Under the pieces are notes generated by a model. The model searched no databases. It was not told the DNA's origin and saw only the letters and a list, made by a program, of their open reading frames with translations. Positions 12,179 through 23,405 of a stretch of 64,000 nucleotides of DNA are shown piece by piece; within the stretch, counting starts at the first letter, position 1, and each line of letters opens with the position of its first letter. This DNA comes from an uncultured Gemmatimonadaceae bacterium. Its GTDB lineage: Bacteria; Gemmatimonadota; Gemmatimonadetes; Gemmatimonadales; Gemmatimonadaceae. A program made the translations under genes and the position numbers. Location of the stretch: assembly GCA_963829055.1 (NCBI GenBank), contig CAWHHI010000004.1:128001-192000 (forward strand). The letters are read 5' to 3'.

Positions 12179-14524
12179 TCACAGCAGTTTGTCCAACGTG
12201 ATGGGCAGATCCCGCACCCGCTTGCCCGTCGCGTGATAGATCGCGTTCCCGATCGACGCCGCCACGCCCACGATCGGGATCTCGCCCACGCCCTTCACGC
12301 CGATCGGGTTCACGTGCGGGTCGTTCTCCTCCACGAACGTGACGTCGATCGAGCCAATGTCCGCGTTCACCGGCACGTGGTACTCCGCGAGATCCGCGTT
12401 CACGTAGCGGCCCGTGCGCGGGTCGATGTGCGTCTCCTCCAGCAGCGCCTGCGAGATCCCCCACACGATGCCGCTGATCATCTGGCTCGTCGCCGTCTTC
12501 ACGTTGAGAATCTTGCCGCCACCGTACGCGCCGACCACGCGCGGCACGCGGATGAGGCCGAGGTCGCGATCCACGCGTACCTCGGAGAACACCGCGCCGA
12601 ACGAGTGCATCGAGTACGCCTGCTGGTCCGGTCCTGGTTTGAGATCGACTCTCGCTTCGACCGGCTGCCCGCCATTCCGAGCGATGAGCGCTTCGAACGT
12701 TTCACTCTTCGACGGGTCCGAGCCTAACGACAGTTTACCGTCTGCCGTGCGCACGTCGTCCTCGCGTGCGCCGTGCAGCGGCGATGCCGCATCGGCGATC
12801 GCCAGTTGCACCAGCTTCTGCCGCGCCGCGAGAGCCGCGGCGTTCACCGCCGGCCCGGTGGAAGAAGCGGTCGCCGAGCCGACCGATCCGGGCGTCGGCG
12901 GCATGTCCGTGTCGCCGAGCTCGAAGCGCACGCGGTCGACCGGCAGGCCTAACGCGTCGGCGGCGATCTGCGACATGACGGTGTACGTGCCGCAGCCAAT
13001 CTCCTGGCTGCCGGCCCGCACGAGCGCGCGACCGTCGGGAAGGATGCGTGCCGTGCAGGATGCCGCCTGCTGGCGCGCCGGGTAGGTCGCGGTTGCCATG
13101 CCGTAGCCAATCAGCCAGCGGCCGTCACTCATCGACCGCGGCGCTGGCGTCCGCTTGCTCCAGCCGAACTTCTCGGCACCGACGCGATAGCACTCGCGAA
13201 GCGACTTGCTCGACCACGGCTTGCCGGAGTCCGGGTCCTTCTCCGCGTAGTTCTTGAGACGCAGCTCGATCGGGTCCATGCGCAGCGCGACCGCGAGCTC
13301 GTCCATCGCGCTCTCGAGCGCGAACGTCCCCGTCGCTTCGCCGGGCGCACGCATGAACGTCGGCGAGCCGACGTTGAGCCGCTTGAGGTCGTGATCGGTT
13401 TCGATGTTCGGCGACTCGTAGAGCATCCGCGTCGCGACGCCGCACGACTCCACGAAATCCTCGAGCATCGACGTCGTCGCGACCGTGTGATGCCTAACGG
13501 CGGTGAGCGTCCCGTCCTTCTTCGCGCCGAGCGTAACGCGCTGCGACGTGGCGGCTCGTCCACCGGTGGGCCCGAACATCTGACGACGCGTGACGACGAG
13601 CTTGACCGGCCGCGAGAGATGCTTCGCCGCCATCGCCGCGAGGTACACGTGCGACCACGGTCCACCCTTGCTGCCGAAGCCGCCGCCCGTGAAGTACGAG
13701 ACGACGCGCACGTTCTCCGGCGGGATGGCGAACGCACGGGCAATACCGCTCCGCACGCTGAAGATCCCCTGCGTGGAGTCGTACAGCGTCACCTTGTCGC
13801 CGTCCCACATCGCCATCGTGTTGTGCGGCTCGAGCGGATTGTGGTTCTCGAGCGGCGTCGTGTACGTGTGCTCGACCTTCACCTCGGCCTCGGCCAGCCC
13901 CTTCTCGACGTCGCCGTGCTTCGTCGCCTTGCCGCCCGCTCCGACGGGGCGCACCGCGTTCGCCGGCGCGAGCGGCGTGGACTCGATGTCGAGCACCGGA
14001 CGCTCCTCGGCGTACGTCACCTTCACGAGCCCCGCGGCGGCCATCGCGTGCTCGAACGTGTCGGCGATGACGAGCCCGATCGGCTGCCCGTTGTAGTAGA
14101 CGAGATCGTCCTGCATGAGCGTCGGCACGCGCATCGCGGGACCGCTCGGTGGCGTGCCCTGCGACTGGCCCGCGCCCTGTCGTTGCTCGCCGCCTGGCTG
14201 TTGGCCACCGCCCTGACTGGGCCCACCCACCGGTGGCGAGGCCTGCGTGCGCGGACGCGGTGGATTCGGCAGCTTGGGCGCGTTCTCCGGCGTGAGGACA
14301 GCGAGGACGCCTGGCGCGCGTGCCGCTTCCGTCGCGTCCATCGTCCGCACTCGTCCGCTCGCGATGGTGCTCGTGACCATCACCGCGTACGCGACGTTAG
14401 GTACCGCGAACTCGGCGGCGTACCTGGCGCCGCCCGTCACTTTGAGCCGGCCGTCCACGCGATTGATCGGCGTGCCGACGCTCGGCGCTGCTCGACCGGT
14501 CGTCGGTCGGGTCACGTCACTCAT
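12179..14524 (-). CDS. xanthine dehydrogenase-family molybdopterin-binding subunit (YagR/PaoC-like)
   Basis: RVDGRLKVTGGARY, GGGFGSKG, MRAPGE, GVKGVGE, RVRDLPIT; intact ORF. Confidence 0.95.
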   Translation of the reverse strand: MSDVTRPTTGRAAPSVGTPINRVDGRLKVTGGARYAAEFAVPNVAYAVMVTSTIASGRVRTMDATEAARAPGVLAVLTPENAPKLPNPPRPRTQASPPVGGPSQGGGQQPGGEQRQGAGQSQGTPPSGPAMRVPTLMQDDLVYYNGQPIGLVIADTFEHAMAAAGLVKVTYAEERPVLDIESTPLAPANAVRPVGAGGKATKHGDVEKGLAEAEVKVEHTYTTPLENHNPLEPHNTMAMWDGDKVTLYDSTQGIFSVRSGIARAFAIPPENVRVVSYFTGGGFGSKGGPWSHVYLAAMAAKHLSRPVKLVVTRRQMFGPTGGRAATSQRVTLGAKKDGTLTAVRHHTVATTSMLEDFVESCGVATRMLYESPNIETDHDLKRLNVGSPTFMRAPGEATGTFALESAMDELAVALRMDPIELRLKNYAEKDPDSGKPWSSKSLRECYRVGAEKFGWSKRTPAPRSMSDGRWLIGYGMATATYPARQQAASCTARILPDGRALVRAGSQEIGCGTYTVMSQIAADALGLPVDRVRFELGDTDMPPTPGSVGSATASSTGPAVNAAALAARQKLVQLAIADAASPLHGAREDDVRTADGKLSLGSDPSKSETFEALIARNGGQPVEARVDLKPGPDQQAYSMHSFGAVFSEVRVDRDLGLIRVPRVVGAYGGGKILNVKTATSQMISGIVWGISQALLEETHIDPRTGRYVNADLAEYHVPVNADIGSIDVTFVEENDPHVNPIGVKGVGEIPIVGVAASIGNAIYHATGKRVRDLPITLDKLL

Positions 14525-15528
14525 GCCACCACCTCCGTCAGCGCGCGCACGAGCGTACGCTTGGCCAACTCGACCTTGAACGCATTGTCCTTGTGCGTCA
14601 CCGCACCCTGGAGCGCGGCGTTCGCCGCGGAGCGGAACGTCGCCGCCGTGGGCGCCTTGCCCACCAGCGCGCGCTCGGCGGCGAGTGACCGCCAGGGCTT
14701 CGTGCCGACGCCACCTAACGCGACGCGCGACTCGCGGATTTTGCCGTTGGCGACATCCAGGGCCACGGCAGCCGACGCCAGCGCGAAGGCATAGCTCGCC
14801 CGGTCGCGGACTTTGAGATACAGCGAGCGCCGCGCGAACGGCAGCGCCGGAACCTCGATCGCCGTGATGATCTCGCCCGCGCGCAGCACGGTTTCGCGCT
14901 CTGGATGCGTCCCCGGCAGCACGTGAAAGTCGGTCATCGCGATCGTCCGTTCTGCCCCACCCGCGGTCGTCCTACCCGTCCGGACCCGGACCGTCGCGTC
15001 CAGCGCGGCGAGCGCCACCGCGAGGTCTGATGGATTCGTCGCGATGCAGTGCTCGCTCGTGCCGAGGATGGCGTGGCTGCGGTTGAAGCCGCGAAGGGCG
15101 GAGCAGCCCGTGCCCGGCTCGCGCTTATTGCACGGCATCGCGGTGTCGCGGAAGTACGGGCATCGCGTGCGCTGCAGGATATTGCCGCCCATCGACGCCA
15201 TGTTCCGAAGCTGGCCGGACGCCGCCAGGAGCAGCGATTGACTCAGCATTGGGTAGCGCTCTTTCACGCGCGCGTCCCACGCGACGTCGCTCATTGGCGC
15301 CAGCGCGCCGATGCGGAGCCCTCCGCCGGGCATCTCGCTGATGGTGGCGAGCGTGCGATCGGCTTCCGCGAGCGGGTTCAGGTCGACGACGTGTGCCGGC
15401 GTTTCGACCTCGAGCTTCATGAGATCGACGAGGTTCGTTCCGCCGACGATGAAGCGCGTGTTAGGCGCGGCGCCGGCGCGTAGCGCGTCGGCAATCGTGC
15501 CGGGTGCCGTGTAGTCGAAGGGTTTCAT
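14521..15528 (-). CDS. xanthine dehydrogenase-family FAD-binding subunit (YagS/PaoB-like)
   Basis: GGTNLVDLMK, ASGQLRNMASMGGN, RCPYFRD...CNKR...GC, KVRDRASYAFAL. Confidence 0.95.
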   Translation of the reverse strand: MKPFDYTAPGTIADALRAGAAPNTRFIVGGTNLVDLMKLEVETPAHVVDLNPLAEADRTLATISEMPGGGLRIGALAPMSDVAWDARVKERYPMLSQSLLLAASGQLRNMASMGGNILQRTRCPYFRDTAMPCNKREPGTGCSALRGFNRSHAILGTSEHCIATNPSDLAVALAALDATVRVRTGRTTAGGAERTIAMTDFHVLPGTHPERETVLRAGEIITAIEVPALPFARRSLYLKVRDRASYAFALASAAVALDVANGKIRESRVALGGVGTKPWRSLAAERALVGKAPTAATFRSAANAALQGAVTHKDNAFKVELAKRTLVRALTEVVA

Positions 15529-16702
15529 CGGCGTCCTCCGTTGGAGTCGGTCGACGTTCCCTTACGCACCTGCTGAATGGCCGCGACGATCCCGGGGTAC
15601 GCGCCGCAGCGACAGATGTTGCCGCTCATCGCTTCGCGCACGTCGTCGTCAGCAGGGCCCCACGGCTCGCGCACCACGGCACTCGCCGACATGATCTGCC
15701 CAGACGTGCAGTAGCCGCACTGGAAGCCGTCGTGATCGATGAACGCTTGCTGCATGGGGTGCAGCGCGTCACCCGATGCGCCGGCAGTCGCGGCGAGTCC
15801 TTCGATGGTCGTGATCTCCTTGCCTTGCTGCATCACGGCGAACGTCAGGCAGGATAGAATGCGGCGTCCGTTCACGTGAACGGTGCACGCGCCGCACTGG
15901 CCGTGATCGCAGCCTTTCTTCGGGCCGGTGATGCCGGCGTATTCCCGCAGCGCGTCGAGCAGCGTGACGCGCGGCTCGAGCTCGAGCGTCAGGTCGCGTC
16001 CGTTGACACGCAGGCGAACCGCACTCGCAAGCTCGGATGACGACGTCCCCGCGCTGCCGCCAATCGATCGCGCGATCTCTTCGGCGCGAGCGGCTCGACG
16101 CGCGAACGCGAGCGCGACGGCCGCGGCGAGCGTCGTCGCGACGAACCGCCGTCGCGTCCACTCCCGGGAGGTTGCCGACGGCTCGTTCGCGTCGGCAGCG
16201 TCGTCGGGGAGACCGTGCTCCCGACCGCTGGCGCCAGCGCGTTAGGCGTCGGCGAGGCGTCACCCGGCACATGACGCCAGCTGATGCGACCATCGGCGTC
16301 AACGACGAACACCGCGGCCACGCCAGCCACTCCGTACTGCTCGGCCACCGGACCGCCGTCGAGACATACGACCGGAAGGTCGAGCGCGCCGTCTTCGAAC
16401 AGCGGCGACTGCCACGTTCCCTCGCCAGCGATGCTCAACAGTCGAGCGCCGGCCGCTCCCGGCAGATCCGCGATGAGCCGATTGTACGCGCGAACGGACT
16501 CGGACCACGCCGGGTCCCAGTGCGCCCCGTGAAAGGCGAGCAGCACGGGCGAGCCACGCAGTTCGGATAGAGAGATCTGATGACCGGCGCGGTCAGTCAG
16601 CTCGAAATGCGGCGCGTATGCGCCGACGTCGGGCGCGCGCGGCGGATCACTCACGTCGTCGCACGCGCGCCCGATGCCACAAGGGGTGCTCGGGGTATTC
16701 AT
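15525..16702 (-). CDS. 2Fe-2S subunit (YagT/PaoA-like), probably fused to an N-terminal AhpC/TSA redoxin-like domain (indel near 16210-16240)
   Basis: KKGCDHGQCGACT, QCGYCTSGQ, NICRCGAY; this frame is open to 16241 with no start codon upstream of the Fe-S motifs and contains TRRRFV; upstream frame gives VGAYAPHFEL...SLSELRGSPVLLAF...VFVVDADGRISWRH. Confidence 0.8.
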
Positions 16703-16804
16703 AGTCGCTCCACAGCAGCCAGCACCACCGGCGGCGTCGCAAGAACGATGCTCGATTGCGCGCCCGCGTTCCCCGTGTCTACGCCCTGCGTCTACGCCAT
16801 GTGT

Positions 16805-18039
16805 CTACTTCGGCCAGCCCGTCTGTGGCAGCCTCGACGTAATGCGCAGGGCATTCTGGTAGTAGACCTTCTTCAGCACGGAGTCCGGCAGGTCGATGCC
16901 GTACAGCTTCCAGAACGCGTGGTAGCCGCGGTAGTAGTCGAAGTAGTCATCGCGCGTCTCGAACACGCGCCAGTAGTACGGATACTCCTCGGGCTGGAAC
17001 GAGTCCTTCCCGAAGAGGATGCGATCCTGGTACTTCACGAAGAAGTCGTGCGCGCCACGCGGCTGGCGCCCGATGTCGTACAGGACGGCGCCAACTTCGG
17101 TGTACAGATTCGGCATCTCGTCCATCATCTTGCGCGAGGCGCCCCAGGTCGTTCGCGTGCCACCCCATGTGCGCCGCCACGAACGTCGTCTTGGGATGCT
17201 TGCGGAACAGGTTGTCGCGCTCCGCCATCACCTCTTCGAACTTCGGAAACTTGTCCGGTGGATAGCGGCGCCCGGGGAAGAGCGAGATCTCGAGCCAACG
17301 CTCGTTGGAGTAGTCGACGGGCTCGAAGAACTCCTGCGGATCGGCCGTATGGATGAACACCGGGAGCTTGAGTCGCGCGCACGCATCCCAGATGGGGTCG
17401 AGCTCGGGATCGTCGAGCTTGAGGCGCGAGCCATCCGGCTTTCGCGTAGACAGGCCGAAGTCTTTCCCGATCTCACCGACGCCGACGGCGCCCGCGGCGA
17501 CGTCGGCCTCGAGCTGCGCGACCGCCTTCTCCGCCCACCCCGGTCCGACGTTGCGGAAGTCGATGCCCGCGAGGATGCGCACGCGATCCTTCATCTTGGG
17601 CGATCGCGTTCAGCACCGTGAGCGCTCGCTGCAACCGCTCGCCGGACATGTTGTCGGCGACCACCATCAGCCTAACGTTCAGGCTGTCGAGCGCCGAGAC
17701 GAGCGTCGTCAACCCCTCGGCGGAACCGAGTAGGCCGGCCGGGTGGCCATGGAAGTCGATCGCCGGAAACTTCGCGGTCTTCACCATGTGCGCCGGCGTG
17801 ACGAGCGTCGACCGTGGACGATAGTCCAGGATGCTCGGCGCCGGCGCTTCCGGGCCCAGGCAGTTCCGCGGACGAATCTCGGTGGTACCGGGCGGGCAGG
17901 ATTCGCCCGGCTGGATCTGCGTCCCGCGCGCGCCTCCCGGTCCGCGATTCGACGGCTGCTGCGATGCGACGGTGCTATTGCTGACGGAAATAGCGACGGA
18001 AACGGCGACGACGGCGATGACAACGGACTTACGGCGCAT
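16805..18039 (-). CDS. secreted amidohydrolase-family protein (frameshifted)
   Basis: signal peptide; IDFHGH, PVFIHTAD, AAHMG, DRILFGKD. Confidence 0.85.
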
Positions 18040-18248
18040 GAACGCTCCTCACGTGCGTGAACCGGCAATCTGCTCCCGGGCGCACCACGCGGGAACCCCG
18101 TTGTGACAGGACGCCCTGCCTCGCGGGCATACGGGCCATGAGCGATCTTGCTCGGCCATCACGCCGCGTGGCCGCGACGGCTGCCACGGCGGGCCTCGCG
18201 TTCGTCTTCCGTCCACGCCGGAGCGGTCGGAGCGGTGACTGCGAGCCG

Positions 18249-18824
18249 TTAGGCCATCGTCAGGTGTTCTCGATCTCCGTGCGCTTCGCCACAGCCGGCG
18301 GACGAGTGATGAAGACCATGGCGAGCGCGAACAGGCCGGCTGGCACCCAGACCCACGCGAAATTCGCTCGCGAGTATCGCCAGCCCGCGTGCCGTGAAGA
18401 ACCGGCTGATGCTCATCGGCGACACGAGAATCGGTCGCCACGGGAAGAAGTACCGGTCGTTCACGACGGGGGCGAAGAAGGCGATACCTCCTCCACCCGA
18501 GGTCATGGCGTCGAGCATTCCGTGCGACGCCGTCGCGAGGAAGAGATAGATCCAGACGCGGGCGCGAATGTCGGCATACCGTTCGCCCCGAAACGCGAGC
18601 AGACCCGCAGTGGCGAACAATGCCGCGAACACCAGCGAATGCGTGAAGCCGCGGTGCCCGAAAATGCTCTCGTACGGAACGCCGAGCCAGAAGCCGACGC
18701 CGTCGAGGTCCGGGATCACCGCGCCGACGGCGCCGAGCACCCAGAATCGCGTCGGCAGTTCCGGTCGCCGGAAAGCCGTGCCGATGGCGAGTCCGGCGAC
18801 CGCATGCGTGAAGGCCGATGCCAT
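18249..18824 (-). CDS. YbcI/YdjM-like membrane metal-dependent hydrolase
   Basis: FTHA, IPDLD, HRGFTHS, SHGMLDAMT motifs; C-terminus may be frameshifted. Confidence 0.85.
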   Translation of the reverse strand: MASAFTHAVAGLAIGTAFRRPELPTRFWVLGAVGAVIPDLDGVGFWLGVPYESIFGHRGFTHSLVFAALFATAGLLAFRGERYADIRARVWIYLFLATASHGMLDAMTSGGGGIAFFAPVVNDRYFFPWRPILVSPMSISRFFTARGLAILASEFRVGLGASRPVRARHGLHHSSAGCGEAHGDREHLTMA

Positions 18825-18831
18825 TACCGGA

Positions 18832-21505
18832 TCAGTCGTATCGTAGCGCCTGCACTGGGTCGATGCGAAGTGCGCGCCGAGCCGGCAGCCAACTGGCGAT
18901 CAGCGCCGCGCCGAGCAGCACCACGACTACCAGCGCGAACGTCGCGGGATCCGTCGCCTGGACTTCGAAGAGAACGGCGGACATGAGACGGGTGAGCACG
19001 AACGCGCCCGCAATACCGGCCACGACGCCGGCCACGGCCAGCCCCATCCCCTGACCAACAACGAGTCGAAGTACCGACCGCGGGCTCGCGCCGAGTGCGA
19101 CGCGCACGCCAATCTCCTGTCGGCGTTGGCTCACCGCATACGCGAGCACGCCGTAAATGCCGAGTGCGCCCAGCGTGAGCCCCATGATCCCGAACAGCAG
19201 CAGGAGCGACGCGAGCAGTCGCGGACGCGCGACGGCGCCACCCACGATCGCCGACAGCGACTCGACGCTCGTGATGGTCTGATCGCGATCGACCGACCAG
19301 ATCGCCTCGCGCACCGCGTTCGCGTATCGCAGCGGATCGCCCGTGGTGCGGATCGCGAGACTCAGCCCCGCCCGCATGTTCTGCGGGTAATGAATGTAGG
19401 CCGTCGGCTCGGCCGGCTCGGACAGACTCTTCTGACGGAAATCTCCGACGACGCCGATGATCTGGATGGCCGCCGGGCCCATGCGAAGCACCTTGCCCAC
19501 CGGACTCTCGTTAGGGAAGTATTTCTTCGCGAACGCCTCGTTCACGATCCACACTGGCGGCGCATCCTCTCGGTCGGCGGCCGTGAAGCCCCGGCCGGCA
19601 CGCAGCGGGACTCCCATCGCGCGGAAGTAGTCGGCGCTCACGTGAAGCACGGGGAGGCGGATCTGGCGATCGCCCTCGGTGCTGCCGGCGCTTGCGGGCA
19701 CCGTTGGCGGCCGGAGCTCGCCGACGCCCCGCAGCGGGAAGTCCTTCGCCGCACCCACGGCCTCGACGCCGGGCACCGCCGCGATGCGATCGAGCAACGA
19801 CTGATAGTAATCCCGAATCCTCGCGTCCCCATACTTCTCGTACGTGCATGCCAAGTCTGACGGCGAGCACGTTGCGCGCGTTGAAGCCTGGATCGACGTC
19901 GAGCAGCCGCGCGAAGCTCTTGGTCGCGAGTCCCGCCCCGACGACCAGGATGACGGCGAGCGCCACCTCGGCCACCACGAGCGCGCTTCGCAGATGTTGG
20001 CCCGCGTTGCCGACTGACCCTCTCGAACCAGCGCGAAGGACGCCCTGAAGATTTCGCGACGTCGCTCGAATGGCAGGCAGTAGCCCGAACAGCAACCCGG
20101 CCAGTGTCGAGACGCCGAGGGTGTACAGCAGCACCGTCGCGTCGATGCGGATGGCCGCGGCGCGCGGCAGCTCGCCGGCCCCGATGGCGCCTAACGCTTT
20201 CACTCCTGCATATGCCAGGGCGAGGCCCATCGCCCCGCCTAGGAGCGCCAGCACGAGACTCTCAGTGACGAGTTGGCGCAGAATACGGCCGCGCCCCGCG
20301 CCAAGCGCGGAACGCACGGCAAGCTCGCGCTGGCGCGCCGTCGCGCGAGCGAGCAGCAGGCTGGCGATGTTCACGCACGTGATCAGCAGGACGAACGCGA
20401 CTGCGCCAAGGAGCAGCAGCAACGGCCGCCGGACTTCGCCGGTCAGCGCTTCGCGGACGGGTAGCATCGCGACGTCCGTCCACCCTCGCGCTTCCTGCTC
20501 CCGCTCGGCCGTCTGGCGCGAGATCTCCGCGAGCTCGTCGTGTGCCTGCGCGATAGTCGCCCCGGGCGCCAGCCGCCCGAACACGTCGAGAAAGCGGCTG
20601 GAGCGCTGCCGCCCTATCGCGTCCGGCCCCATGTTCGAGAGCGGCATCCAGAAATCGATGCGGTCGGCGGGGAATGTGAACTCCGGCGGCATGACGCCGA
20701 CGACGGTGTACGGAATGCCGTCGATGGTGAGCGCCCGCCCGATGATCGTGCGGTCACCACCGAATCGTCGTCGCCAGAGGCCGTCACTCAGCACCACGAA
20801 GTGATCGTTGCCGACCACCGCTTCCTCGGATCGAATCGTTCTGCCCAGCGCTGCCCTCGGGCGCAGCGTCTCGAAAAAGCCAGGCGTGAAGTACGCACCC
20901 TGAATGCGTTCGGGCGTTCCGGTGCCGGTGAGGTCCGCGCCGCTCCCGCCCGGTGCGTACCAGTACGCGGCCAATGACGCGAAGCGCTTGCTGGCGACTT
21001 TCCACTCCAGGAAGTCCGGCTCGGACACCTGCGACTTCGGGTCATTCTCCGCCTTGTTCACGTGCCAGATGCGGATCACGCGATCCGCCTCCGGGAAGGG
21101 CAGTGGGCTGAGAAGGACACCGCGCACGACGCTGAAGATGGCGGTGTTGGCCCCGATGCCTAACGCCAGCGTGAGCAGCGCGACGAGCGCGAAACCGGGC
21201 GCCGAGCGGAGCGTCCGCACGGCGTACACGAGGTCGTGCTTGAGCTCTTCGATCATGGTAGTGTGCCGTGTCTCCCGCTCGCGACGCACATCCTCGTCGC
21301 GGCAATAGCGTCTCGTGTATTCGAGGTTTCCGAACCGCTCCGCGGCTGCGCGGCGCGCGTCCTCGAGAGAGAGCCCTGACTCCGTCAGCTCCTCGATGCG
21401 ACGCGCGAGGTGGAACGCCAGCTCGGCGTCCACGTCGTTCGTCACCTGCCGCTTGGTGCGCCAGGCGAATCGGAACTCACGACGGGCTCGGGGTTGGCCG
21501 GACAT
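18832..21505 (-). CDS. ADOP-type duplicated ABC permease, MacB/FtsX-like (frameshift near 19850)
   Basis: ELAFHL, LTLALGIGANTAIFSVV, RQRELAVRSALGAGR, RRQEIGVRVALGA, PARRALRIDPVQALR. Confidence 0.9.
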
Positions 21506-21514
21506 GGGACCGCG

Positions 21515-21847
21515 TTAGGCCGTGTCGAGTACGCGGAACAGTGCGCCCATGTACTGCCTGAGCTCGGCGACTTCGGCCTTGAGCTGGCGCCGACCCGCCG
21601 GGGTGATGGTGTAGTACTTCGCACGGTGGTTCTTCTCGGACATCCCCCACTCGGATTCCACGAGCCCCTTCCGCTCGAGACGATGCAGCGCCTGATAGAG
21701 CGCTGCGTCCTCGACCGAGAGCGCGCCCTCGCTCCGGTCGCTGATCCACCGGGCGATGCCATAGCCGTGCATCGCTGTCCATGACAGCGTGCGCAGGATG
21801 AGCACGTCGACCGTGCCCTGGAGCAGTCCGAGCGATTCTTGCGCCAT
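21515..21847 (-). CDS. PadR-family transcriptional regulator
   Basis: LLQGTVDVLIL, MHGYGI, LYQALHRLE, AKYYTIT; directly upstream of the ADOP permease. Confidence 0.95.
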   Translation of the reverse strand: MAQESLGLLQGTVDVLILRTLSWTAMHGYGIARWISDRSEGALSVEDAALYQALHRLERKGLVESEWGMSEKNHRAKYYTITPAGRRQLKAEVAELRQYMGALFRVLDTA

Positions 21848-21867
21848 GAAGTCCTCGTTCGAGAATA

Positions 21868-21898
21868 CCTAACATGATGATGTACTCACCATGTGAGG
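21868..21898. promoter_or_regulatory. candidate PadR autoregulatory operator
   Basis: CCTAACATG / CATGTGAGG inverted pair (8/9) 20-50 bp upstream of the padR start. Confidence 0.4.
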
Positions 21899-22115
21899 CA
21901 ATATAGACCGGGGACGCGCCACGTCAAATCGTGGCCAGATCGCTCTGGCCGCGATACTCGACCATTCCTGTTCTGTCTTCGCAGGTAGTGAGATAGGGAG
22001 TTGGCTTCGATGGTTCTGGCGCGGCGCAAAATTCTGAAAACGGGCGGCCTCCTTCGCACAACGCGTCTTGTTTGACGGAGCCGTGCAATCCGCCGTTGAG
22101 GTTTGCGGCCCCACC

Positions 22116-22989
22116 ATGTCGCATCTTCTCGGAGGCGTGATTGTGGCAATCGGGGTCAGGCGCGGGCTAATCGGGTGCGTGACGTTCGCGCTCTGTAGTG
22201 CTGCTGGCTCCGTCGCAACCGGGCAGACCGTGCGTGGCGCGCCGAGTGGATTCGGCCGCTTCGGCGGCGTGTCCGACTGCTCCGATCCGCCGATCAAGAA
22301 CATTCCGTACGACGGTCAGTTCACGTTCGTGCGACTCCGATACAATGGTGGCCCGGGTCAGTGCTACTACCGCGGCGAGCCGGCGTGGGCGCACGGCTAC
22401 GGGTACACGGAGCGCGGCGTCGCCGAGGCGAATCTGATGAAGATCGTCTCCGAGATCAGCGTGATGCATCCGCATCTCGAACGCGACGAACGTGCTCTCG
22501 ATCGATGACCCGGAATTGTTCAGGTATCCGGTGGCGTTCCTGGTCGAGGCCGGATACCTCACGCTGAACGAGAAGGAGGTCGCGGCGCTGCGAAAGTACC
22601 TCCTGCGTGGTGGCTTTCTCATCATCGATGATTCACGCGAGGACGCATTTCGCGGGAACAGCGGCTGGTCGAACACGGCCGCGATGCTCAACCTGGTACT
22701 GCCGGACCTGCACCCGATCGACATCGATGTCTCACACCCGATCTTCCACGCGTTCTTCGACATCCCGTCGTTCGACATCGTTAGGCAGTTCTACGACCAG
22801 GGCCCGCCGATCTTCCGCGGCATCTTCGAGAACAACGATCCGAAGAAGCGGCTCATGGTGATGATCAACTTCAACACCGATGTTTCCAATTTCTGGGAGT
22901 ACTCGGCCCTCGGCTTCATGCCGATGGAGGAGTCGAACGAGGCGTACAAGCTCGGCGTGAACTACCTGTTCTACGCGATGACGCATTGA
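22116..22989 (+). CDS. DUF4159 family protein (frameshift near 22490)
   Basis: YDGQFTFVRLRY, DPELFRYP, LRKYLLRGGFLIIDD, HPIFHAFF, AYKLGVNYLFYAMTH; start uncertain. Confidence 0.85.
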
Positions 22990-22997
22990 GCGATCAC

Positions 22998-23068
22998 GTC
23001 ATCCCGAGCCCCAGCCCTCTTTCATCCCGAGCGCCGCTCTTGTCATCCCGAGCGCCAGCGAGGGATCT
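22998..23068. repeat. three tandem TCATCCCGAGC units ending in AGCGAGGGATCT (REP-like half element)
   Basis: same core as 11976-12002; begins 8 bp after the DUF4159 stop. Confidence 0.8.
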
Positions 23069-23120
23069 GCTGGCCGGATCGTGTAGCCAGTCTCGCGTGA
23101 ACATGGTCGAGTGTGCAGGT

Positions 23121-23378
23121 CCAACAGCGACGCAGAAGGACGCAGGCGCTTCGCGCAACGCAGAAGGACGCAGAAAACCGCACCACACCTCTAACGACAG
23201 TCGCGTCTCGCGGGGCGTGAAGAAAAGGTCAGCGACCTCGGGACGCATTGGCCTGCCCGAGGTGGTCCCCTTTCTCACAGGCTCGGCGCACCGCCGGTGT
23301 CCCGAGCGGCCGTTTTCTGCGGCCTTCTGCGTTGCGGCCCGCGAAGCGGCTGCCTGCGCCCTTCTGCGTCGCTGTTGG
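23121..23378. repeat. nested inverted-repeat intergenic element
   Basis: perfect 19-bp IR (23121-23139 / 23360-23378) extending imperfectly to about 60 bp; central hairpin ACCTCGGG / CCCGAGGT. Confidence 0.8.
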
Positions 23379-23405
23379 AATGGCGGTAGCAGTTGGCTTC
23401 GTCGC

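Noticed and set aside
14130..14275. Q/G/P-rich insertion in the molybdopterin subunit as an intein or extra domain
   Set aside because: About 45 aa of low complexity with no intein motifs; likely a variable loop.
22998..23068. Short repeated units here and at 53606 and 48962 as a CRISPR array
   Set aside because: Only 2-3 units, no 30-40 bp unique spacers, no cas genes.
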